A stretch of 64,000 nt of DNA from Antedon mediterranea. Lineage: Eukaryota > Animalia > Echinodermata. The stretch lies in assembly GCF_964355755.1 (NCBI RefSeq), contig NC_092677.1, positions 27,763,175 to 27,827,174 on the forward strand, in the 5' to 3' direction. Made by a program: the position numbers and the translations under genes. The notes under the pieces are model-generated. The model searched no databases. It worked only from the letters and a program-made list of their open reading frames with translations, and was not told the DNA's origin. This document shows, piece after piece, positions 27,898 to 38,051 of this stretch. The first letter of the stretch is position 1; each line of letters opens with the position of its first letter.

Positions 27898-28921
27898 CTA
27901 AAACAAATGGAAAAATTTAAATAAATTTACTTGTCTGATTATCTGACAAAGGGGAATTTATTTAGAAGAGGTAAAAGAAAATAATTTTTTTTGTGCGTGT
28001 TATTTGTTTTCGCGTTATATTTGTTTTTTTTTTCGTGCGTGTTATTTGTTTTCGCTATTTCGAGAAGACGGTTTCACGTTTTTTACTTTTGCTGAAAGAA
28101 GAACTTAATTACACGGTTAGTGAAAGACTTGAACCACATACCTTTAAGTTGACACTCCGCTGCCTGACGTTTAACTAGTTGAGCCGTTGAACCCGGGTGA
28201 GTTGAAAGCTCTTTGTAATTGTGACGTATTTTGTTATTTAAATTCTGCTTCAAATGGACCGTAGTTGAGGGTTCTTTGTAATTAAAAAGCGCACTCTAGC
28301 GGACGTTAGGCATTGAATGTAATATCTCTGCTTTCTATAATAAAGAGGGAGATATTTATATTACAGTAGTATTGCATTATACTAATTTACAGGCATAGTA
28401 GAAATTATTCACCCATACCCCTCCGCGCCCCCTCCCCGAAACTGATTTACTGAAAATAATTTAAATTAATTTTATATTAATATTTCAACAGTTTGATAAT
28501 TATTATATGCGCGTAATTTGTGCTAATATTGTTGTGAAGAGATTTCTAAAAACCCATTTTGACACTTTTTATACATGCTGTGAAATTGGTCGTAGGATCC
28601 AATTGTTATACCTTTGGGGAAAGTTATCCGAAATCTAGAAAGAGTTTATAATACAGTACAAATGATGTACACCATTTTGTGACGTCATTCATTGTTTTTA
28701 TTGAAAAATAATATAAATATTGAACAGCCTAAAGCTAGTAAAATAAACGGTGAAATATTATTTTATTTAATACAGTAATCTTAATCTTTAATAGACAAAA
28801 CTATAGATTTTTAACACAAAATATTATTATATTTTAATACTCCTTGTGAATTGAAAGATGCTAGAAACTAATAGATAACACTACTAGTAGTAGCTAGGTT
28901 GAAGTACATGATTGATGATAA

Positions 28922-31900
28922 CTATCGGTGATCATTTCCTACAGCTTCTGTAATATTCTTTAATCCATCTTCCCTAAAACAAATGGAAAAATTAAAATTA
29001 ATTTACTTGTCTGATTATCTGACAAAGGGGAATTTATTTTTCTTAAAAAATATTTTGCGGTTATATTTTTGTATCTCACTCACAGATAGGAGTCTTAGCC
29101 ACAGTGGTATTGAATATTTCTTAATAATTAATCAATAACATTATATTTTTTCGTTTTAATTTGTAAAGGAGGTTAGACTGGACTAGAGAAATCTATTTCT
29201 TCTTAATTCTTCTTCTTCCTATTGAAATTGCTAATGTTTTTTTTGTTTAATTTCTGGCAATAAAAGGTGAATTGTTACTGGTTCAAATAAATTTATTTAA
29301 AAACATTGTTAATACAGTAACAATATTTACACTTTCTGTTAATGTATTTCAAATTGATTTTTAGAAAATCTACAATATTCTCAACTCTTAATTTATTTAA
29401 TGGTGCATTGTGGGAACTGTGGCAAAACTCTAAAATAAATGTACTGTACCATAACATAAATCGAAAAATAACATAAAGTATATTACCTAATTAGTTTGTG
29501 TAAATCTTTCTTGATTGTTGTTATAAGAGGAGGTCCCATGAAGGCCATAGCTGTGTATAGTTGGACCAATGAGGCACCAGCCTTTATCTTGTCGTAGGCA
29601 TCATGCCCACTTCTTACACCTCCAACGCCTATTATTGGTAAACTTCCTTACAAAATAAAATTAACAAATGTCACATTTATTGGTAATTCACAACTTCTAC
29701 ATTCAACTAATTTTGTATGTACTTTGTATTTAATAAACAATTTGTATAAACAAAAGACAAAATGAATATTCAATACCATTAGTAAGTTTGTACATTTCTC
29801 GTATTGTATCTGTAGATAAATCTGTCACCGGTTTACCACTTAGACCGCCAGTTTCGCTCTTTAGTTGACTCTTCAATGATGATGGTCTTGAAATAGTTGT
29901 GTTGCTGATTATTAAACCATCAACTCTGCTCTGAAAATTAATGTAAAATAAATAATTAAATGAAATAAGATTATGATATTACCAAGAAAAATTTTTTGAA
30001 ATGAAAAAAGTGGTGTATTCCAAGGGTAGGGCAACAAGTAAAAACGGCCAGAGGTAGTGGCAGGGATGGTATTACATGGTAGGCTCCCGATTAGTGGCTA
30101 TGGGTGTCATAGTTGTCAAGCTTACATAATATAAATTCAGTGTTTAGGTAGACAAAACGACCTTACGACTGACCTTAGGGTCTAACACCACATCTGCAAT
30201 ATCTTTTTTATCTTTACTTGTTAAATCTGGAGCAATCTTAATGAGCACTGGTGGTTTGCTTAGCAACGAGTCTCTTGCCTTCAACACCTGGAAATCACAA
30301 CAATATTACATTGAATAAAGTACTTTCTAGTGAAAAGAAAATTAATATTTTATGTTATGAAGACTTATAATAGAGTATAAATTAATGATTACAAAAATAC
30401 ATAAATATAAAAAAGAAATTGAGAATATGGAAATAACTACCCACATTTATAATCAGCTCCTGAAGCTGTTTTTTTCCTTGAAGTTCTCGCAGCCCGGGCG
30501 TGTTAGGACTTGAAACATTCACAACTAAATAATCTGCAAAATCACCAAGACATTCCACACCCAAAACGTAATCATCAACCGCACTTGTTGACGTCTTATT
30601 CTTGCCCAGGTTAATACCAACAATACTCTTTTCTGTAGGAAAATTAGATACATCAAGAATTTATACTAAAATAGTAGGCCTACGCAGTAAAAATAAATTA
30701 CTAAAAATATATATTTAATTTCACAAAGTAGGCCTACTAATTCTACTAATTTTTCAAAAACATCAAAGATGTATGTAGTAGAGATAAACAGTGAAAATGA
30801 GATAAATTACTAAAAAATATATTTAATTAAAAAAAACAAACAAAAACACTACAGTATACCAATGTTGATTAAATACGGTAGACAGGGTAAATTTTATTTT
30901 TTACCTGTTTTTTGCCTAAACTTTTTCATTCGTTCTGCTACTACTGGATGTCCAACACTATTGAATCCATACCTATTAATAACAGCTTCATCCTCTGTCA
31001 GCCTAAACACTCTAGGCTTAGGATTACCAAGTTGTGGTAGCGGTGTGACACTCCCTACTTCAATGAATCCAAAGCCAATCTTACGAAGGCCTTCCATCGC
31101 TTCGGCGTGCTTGTCAAACCCAGCAGCTACACCAATAGGGTTACTGAAGGTTCTACCCCAAACACTTGTTGTCTGCACAAGATTGAAACAATAAAATGTA
31201 ATAGAGTATAATTAGTTACCATATTTGAATTTAATTGTTATTTATTTATACTAGGAACCTCTTCAGTCAAAGACTGGTCTCAGATGGCCCAGTTATGATC
31301 AGTGGCTGTGTGTGTACTAGTACACTCAATATTCAATATGGAACCTTTCTGGACATTCTATATATCATTATCTTCATGCTGTCAACATTCTTCATTTTGA
31401 TATTTATTTTACATTGTAAAATTAATATTAAAGATTAAGGTTCACCTTCCATTTAAATTTAAAAATTGTATTTTTCATTTTACATTGGATGAAATAAAAG
31501 TAAGTATTTTATGACTTTTATGCAAGACACCAACTTACCAGTGATGGAGGATCTTGATATGTTTTAAATGGAACAATACCAAAAGACAGCATTTTCACTC
31601 CCAATACATGGGCTGTTTCTGCATCTAGCAACTGAAAACATGGCATTAAACACTGCTTGTAGAACTTCTGATTTCCAGAGAGGGCGGCATAACTGGCAAA
31701 TATTGCTGAACCACTGGTGATTATCAAACCTGCTGAACGGAGCTTACCCTGCAATAGAGAAATAGAACCTGGAGGATATCTTTAACCACAGATTAAAACA
31801 TACGTGGGAAACATACAGTATGCAGTTTATTTCTTCTTAAAGGTGGCTCCGGGTTAAACCTACCACCTGTATGTTGTTTATTATATAAACCTAAGCAACT

Positions 31901-31944
31901 ACATTTACTATTATTACACACAAATGATTGATTGCAGCCGCCAT
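28922..31944 (-). CDS. DHODH: Dihydroorotate dehydrogenase (quinone), mitochondrial, class 2; 8 coding exons, ~390 aa
   Basis: Exons 31944-31918, 31748-31539, 31172-30905, 30632-30445, 30287-30174, 29930-29777, 29646-29487, 28973-28922; all GT-AG and phase-compatible (1173 nt). Motifs: [73 protein letters not shown]. Exon 1 is the least certain. Confidence 0.96.
31235..31325 (-). mobile_element. Short dispersed repeat, probable 3' tail of an L2/CR1-group LINE or partner SINE (DHODH intron 2)
   Basis: CCTCTTCAGTCAAAGACTGGTCTC...CCCAGTTATGATCAGTGGCTGTG is shared with 47215-47325; on the minus strand it ends in stem-loop + TATAAATAAATAA. Family assignment is inference. Confidence 0.5.
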
Positions 31945-32585
31945 CTTGTTGGTTCCCCCTACATGAAGAATCATTTTTCATATTGCGATTACATTGGAGT
32001 TGACGATCTAGCCTTCGGTTATAAGATTTTTGGATTGCCTTGACACATTTTTTCCTTTGTGGCGCCCCATACAACTGTTTACATCGTCCAACCATGTGTG
32101 GATGATAGTTCTAAGTTTACAAACTAAAAATCGTGCAACAAAGCAATATTATAGGCATATAGAAGGCCTAGCTGTAATAAATGAGATTTAAAATTACATA
32201 TTATGTTATAACAAACAACAAAATTAGGGCATGTCATTGTTTTTACGGTACCCGTGACGGTGACCTAGCTAGGCCTAACTCCTCTACAACAGAAGCTAAC
32301 CCGCACGCGTCCACATCAGTGATCTGCCCTTTGCAGACTGTACCTAGGCTAGGGCTAGCTGGTAGTAGTACGCTGGTACTTACTAGGATAGGAAAATGGT
32401 AAAATTAGTCATCATACTACTACTAGGCCTACTATTTACTATTTGTAACCTAATAAAATCTTCTAAAATCTTTGTTATAAAAATACAGTAAAATAATAAC
32501 AGAAATTCATACCATATTCCGTCGCTCACGGCGCTATCGCAAAAATAAATTGTCGGCAGATAGAGAGGTATTATAGATTGACTAG

Positions 32586-32885
32586 TACGAAAGCCCATTA
32601 GGGCCAAAAATATATATATTACCTGGCCTTCAAAAATTCGAAATAACGAATTAATAATTCGAAATAACGAATTATTAAGTCGAAATAATGAGTTAAAAAG
32701 TCGAAATAACGAATTAATAATTTGAAATTTCGAATTAAGTAATTCGAAATAACGAATTATTAAGTCGAAATAACGAAATAATAATTCGAAATAACGAATT
32801 AATAATTCGAAATAACAATTAATAATTCGAAATTTCGTATTTCTGAAAGTAAATATATTTGTTTTGGCCCTAATGGGCTTTCGTA
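32586..32885. mobile_element. 300-bp MITE with 24-bp perfect TIRs and 6-bp TSD (IS3EU-like)
   Basis: TIRs TACGAAAGCCCATTAGGGCCAAAA / TTTTGGCCCTAATGGGCTTTCGTA; GACTAG duplicated at 32580-32585 and 32886-32891; interior is ~21-bp AATTCGAAATAACGAATTAAT tandem repeats. Confidence 0.88.
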
Positions 32886-33144
32886 GACTAGAGAGCTAGC
32901 TAGCTTTACCAAAAGATATCTTCCGTAGCTCTCTGGCTGACGATGCGGCAAACAAATAAAAGACAAATGTCTAATGTTTACCTCTCTTAATAATTTTTAT
33001 TTCATTTTTTTTTTAGGATGTCTCTATGTTTATTTAGGTTAATATTAACATGCCCTTTAGCTAAAATATAATATAATAATATATAAATAAAAAGAATGAA
33101 TGAAATTTAAAAATAACTTCGCATCCCTGCTGTGCGAATTCATC

Positions 33145-33271
33145 CACTCGCCGATTCCATCAGTGTGCGTGTCATGTGACAACGCGAGCCCAAGGGCCTT
33201 TATATCACTCGCCGATTCCATCAGTGCGTTTCATGTGACAACGCGAGCTCAAGGGCCTTTATCACTCGCCG
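33145..33271. repeat. ~60-bp tandem duplication (2 copies plus a partial)
   Basis: CACTCGCCG at 33145, 33206 and 33263; both full units contain TCATGTGACAACGCGAGC. Confidence 0.8.
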
Positions 33272-33390
33272 GTATTTGTCACATGATGATGATCACTGAA
33301 GTTAATTTTCACGTGATGAGATGAAACAAGCTTAGATCAATAAAAAAAATTTTGAATTGAACTAATTTACGATTCAAACACTTTGTATTT

Positions 33391-33450
33391 GTGTGGCGCA
33401 CGGTTTGTACCACAGTTTGACAACCTGAGGTTCGTGGGTTCAAGTCCCAA
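33391..33450 (+). mobile_element. Degenerate tRNA-derived (SINE-head-like) fragment
   Basis: A-box-like TGGCGCACGG and B-box GGTTCAAGTCCC at tRNA-like spacing; no complete cloverleaf. Confidence 0.35.
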
Positions 33451-36088
33451 AGAATCTTCCCTACTTTTTAAATTTTTTTTTTTTGTAAATTGAATTCAAT
33501 CCACACTAAATCAAACACAAAATACAGAAATCGTCGACGGCATAACAATAATATAACGGGCGATAATTTTTTTTCTTCAAAGCGAGGCTTTTATTCGAAT
33601 AAATAATACGCGGGTATATAAAAAATTAGGCAAATGAAATGAAATAATGCTAGCTATTATTAATATTTTACAGTTCATAAAGGTTTATTTTAATATTTCC
33701 AACCGTTAACAGTAGCAATAACTATCTAAATTTATATATTGATGAAAATATTATTATTATCATTTAATGTGTGTGTTTCTAGTTCACACTCAATTCACCA
33801 GGGACAAAAAGTAGTGAGCCCTCTATCGGCAGCGAATCGTTTTTGCACACGAGACAGCGTTGACAATTACCCGGAAGCAACTTTGTTTTGAAAAGTAAAT
33901 CTTAGGCTTTTGCAAACTGGCCAATTGGAACTTTTGGTTTTATTTACTAATGAATAATTCATGAAAACCTTTGACGAGGCATCTACGAACCACGTGATAT
34001 TGTTTTTTAATCGACGAACCCATTATATTTGTGTGAAACAAGGGTGAATTACACCGATGTTTTTTAAACAATTTTAGGCTATTCGAATGTTAAAATTTTG
34101 TCTAATTTGTTGAGGCTGTAATAAAACAACGCAATTTTTTTAGAAGGTGGGTTTTATAGTTTCTGAATATTTGATTTTTCAATAGTAGTTAATAAAAAAA
34201 TCTCGTTGGGGTTATTTTTTATTTTTTTTTAATGGCTGCTTAAACATGTGCCTTCTTGGGTATTTCACTATATTGAAAATGGAACACATGGTTGTAGCTA
34301 AAATCATTTTTTACGCCATAAGATAAAAAATGTGATTTTGTAAATTAATAAGGGCAACATATAATATATAGGAAAGCTGTTTTAAATCATAAAACTCTAC
34401 AAAGCCTCTTTGTTTTATTTATAAATCAATATAGTCTAGGCCTAGTAATACAGTAGGAGAGCCAGGCTTTAGCCTATAATAGTGGGGTAGTGCGTGCATT
34501 ATTGGCGCGTGTTCATTGTCAGGCGCGCGTTGTTTATAGGCCTAAGAAAATAAGAATAAATATACACATATAATTAAATAATGATTATTATTAATTGAAT
34601 GTTTTGTTTTTTTTACAGACCCCAGAGGATTGTTCTACATACTTCAATACAAATAGCATTAAAGCAACAACAATTTCTTATGAGTCATATTAATTTACCT
34701 CTGGCATATAATGTCAAAAAGCACTATTAATACTGTAATTATTGATATTTATAGATGTATTGCCAGAGACATTTATTTTTTAAAAACTTTAACTTATCCT
34801 AATTTACTTATTTAAAGGTTCAAGTGGCGGTTGGTTGTTGTGCAGTAGTTTAATAAAGTTTAAATGTACATTTCAAATCGGCAAATAAATAATGGTAATA
34901 GGCCTACTACAGTAATAGTAAATCTTTTGAAGATTAGGCTTAGTACAAAAAATGTTAGCTAAGTTCATGTAGAAAACTTGTTGTCTGATTTTTAAGGTGC
35001 AATTTGTGATAATATTAAAAGTTAAAATGTTAATTGGTGTGTATTTGTATTTCATTTATTGCTCCATTATTATAATAAAAAGCAGGGAACCGTGAAATTT
35101 CATTTTAGCTCCGATAAAAAGTAAACATTTTCAGCATATACTTAAATCAATCATATGTTAGTGAAAGGTGACATTAACAGATTTATTATGAGATTACTAG
35201 TAAGCCTACTAGCTTTAGCTCTATTCATAAAAATATGACATTATATACTGTGTACATTAATTAATTAGCCTAGGCCTAACTAATTGACTGATTTTTCAGT
35301 ATTTTACCAAGTCAGCCGTTCAGGCATGCAAACAGTCCCCACTTCACACTAATCTTCATAATTATAAGAAAAATGAAAGTTGAGCACTTTATTTTAAAAT
35401 TTATATGCCCATATTATAAGATTCTGCATCATCCACTTAACAAGAACTAAAATTGAGAGCACAGTGATGGAGCGCATTTTCCGTCGTTCTCGTCGCCTAA
35501 GGAAACGAGTATTCCAGCCTTGCCGCGTATTCCTAGGCCTACGCGCACCGCACTTTCGCTCAAAATACACTATCTTCAACTCCTTATAGAATTTGTTTGA
35601 AAAATAACCCCAAGCTTATATTTGGAAATCTTTGAAAATGCATATAAGACTATATTATAGCGTTTTCAGAATTTCATTTAAAAATTGCAAATTAATGTTA
35701 GCTATTTTAACAAATTAGTTAGTTTTCACTTTTTTGTTTTCGCCGTATGACTCGCTTTGTTTACGTTTACACTTGGCTTAGACGTTTATCTTAGAATTCA
35801 AATAAATTAATCCATAATCAACTAAAATTGCTATTGTTGTGGTTTTTGTTTAATATAAATGTTCTTTATTAACAGAAATAAATCAAACAACAATATAATT
35901 TAATATAAACCCGTTAAAAAGGAAATTTAGACAGCCTATAAAACACGGACGTCAGAACTCGCGTCGCTCGAAATGCTCGTTAACTTTCTATTTATAGCCA
36001 ATCGAAAAAGGCTCCGGCTAACTTAAACAATGAAAACGGCTCTCGGAACACTTAATGTCCCATTTTCGCTGTTTGACGTGGATGTGAG

Positions 36089-37377
36089 TTACATCTTCTT
36101 CCTTGTGAATTCATCTTGACCAACTCTGAAATATGAAAAATAAAATCCAACAATCTATTTCTATAATACATAATTATAAATAGTTAAAGCGTACACCACC
36201 AGTCGGTGTGCACGTGTAATCTGAAAAAATACATAGCATGCACTGGGCCTCCCGCGTGTCAATAAAGTACACGTTACTCTTGGTTGTATAATAAATAGGA
36301 CAACTCAGTGTGTTGGAACATTTGCAATTGTTCACGTTACCTGTTAGCCAACCAATCTTTGTTACAGGAGGTCACTTCACTCGTCAGAATCCAGGTGGTC
36401 TTTAGGAATTCCTTGCCGTCACAGAAAAAACATTGACCAGTCCAGCTAGTGGTCGAAGCTCCTTCATTCCAACTGACAGTAAAGCCAAATGTCCGATGTC
36501 GATCTCCTGGTGACGCTTGACCAAAGATAGGAACGTGTCCTTCTCCTGGTAAAAAAAATGTTAGAATTATAATTATTTATTTATACATGTATAAGCTACT
36601 ACGCATGCGCAAATAGTTTACCTACCTGCAGCCCCTTCTGTTGCTTCGACAGCAGTCAAATACTTGCCAGTCACGTGACCTTCTTCAGTGACATTCAAAA
36701 TTATCTCTGATCCATGACGGTTGACCCATGTTCCCGGAAGGCTACAATCTAAGGCAGATAACCAGTAAAAAGAATTTCTAATAAATCAAGCTTCAGACGA
36801 GATAGGCTCTAATTAAGTAGTTGGAGGAAAATATGTAAACTGTCAGAAAAAACAGTTTTATTTATATTCCTTTTTGTTTTCTAAATTTGTCACTGACGAC
36901 AACTGACCTCTTCTTCATTGTTGAAAGCTACAACTGACCTCTTCTTCATTAATGTTGAAGGCTACAACTGCTCCACTTACTCTAGCTTTTGAAATGCATC
37001 GGTCACTGGTGTGTGGTGCATCCACGTTAATAATAGTTTTTTACAATCTTATTTTTCAAAAACGTTTGTTACCTGAAATAAATTTGCCTATTTTATTCTT
37101 GGTCAAGTTTTCTTGTTCCTTTTCTGGCAAGTCAGTTGATGGTTCTTCTACGTCATTTATCTATAAAATTATGAATATATTTGAAGATCTTTTTCTGATT
37201 ATGAAGCAGCGAAATGCGACGGGGCTTTTGGACCCATATGGGCGTCAATTTGTGTTTTTTTTATATACGAGTTGTAGAATTTCAAAAATGTTAAGATTTT
37301 AAAAAGTTTCTAATACTAACCTGACTGTTCTTAGCAAGTACACTGACTGCGAACATCAAGATGAGTGGTAGATACAT
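36089..37377 (-). CDS. Secreted avidin-family (biotin-binding) protein; 5 exons, 169 aa
   Basis: Exons 37377-37321, 37160-37073, 36748-36626, 36545-36341, 36125-36089; GT-AG, in phase (510 nt). Signal peptide MYLPLILMFAVSVLA, then DCSLPGTWVNRHGS...GKYLTAV...TFGFTVSW...STTSWTGQC...LKTTWIL...DWLANRVGQDEFTR, which matches avidin CSLTGKWTNDLGS / TFGFTVNW / FTGQC / LKTMWLL / DWKATRVGINIFTR. Confidence 0.93.
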
Positions 37378-38051
37378 GATTTAATTACCGTAGTAGTTTC
37401 ACGGAAAATAGACTTCTTGGTAGATAAAAACAGCGATGTTTGAATTGAACTTACACAATCAATCTGTTACCATATGGTACGATTCCTGTGGTGACCCGGT
37501 GTCAAGTTCTTTTTTCTAACTTGAGTTCATGAAAAGCACTGCTTGGTGGATCCAAGTTGAAATACAAGAAGAAGATGGAAATAGATGAAGTTCTAAAATG
37601 AATCTATAAGCCAGCATTTACGAAAAATTGAGGTTGGAAGTATAATGGTGGAAGGATCGGGTTGGATCCAATAAAGTACAAGCATGTTATCAATCATAGA
37701 AAATGTTACTATTTAATACATATACCAGTACTGTACTACTGCTGTACATGGTAAAAGTTACTATACTTCCGTTTTCATGATTGTTTTACCATCTTGTCAT
37801 GACTGACATGGTTTTGTTAACAGCGCACTCTCAAATAAAATATACACAAACAAACTTTGAAATCGAATCATTTCAAAACATGTCACTGGTATGTTTTAAA
37901 CCAAAATCCTTGCTTTCCTTAAAATTATATACTTTAATTAACAACAAGCTAAAGTGAACTCATAAAAATAAATGGGCAATTCCAAAATTGTGCATGTAGT
38001 AATCGTGTCATCAAGTGAAACTTGTGAAAAGGTTTCATATAGCCAATAAAC

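Larger units (their letters stand above)
24692..29038. repeat. Tandem array of four ~1.08-kb units, each containing the DHODH terminal exon, 3' UTR and downstream flank
   Basis: Units start AGGTAAAAGAAAATAA and end GGGGAATTTATTT. Spacing between exon copies is 1069, 1115 and 1076 bp. Copies differ by scattered SNPs and by the number of GTGCGTGTTATTTGTTTTCGC subrepeats. Confidence 0.95.

Noticed and set aside
24722-28178. Repeated Phe-rich + strand ORFs (...FREDGFAFLLLLKEEL...)
   Set aside because: They derive from T-rich subrepeats with non-ATG starts and frame differences between units; the real coding content of the unit is the DHODH exon on the minus strand.
30862-31194. 110-aa + strand ORF, and similar antisense or alternative-frame ORFs at 36952, 37949, 44451, 44457, 45221, 56879, 59176, 61658
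   Set aside because: Shadows of real exons of DHODH, avidin, SLC7 and CA.
33391-33450. Functional tRNA gene
   Set aside because: A/B boxes only; acceptor and anticodon stems cannot be formed convincingly.
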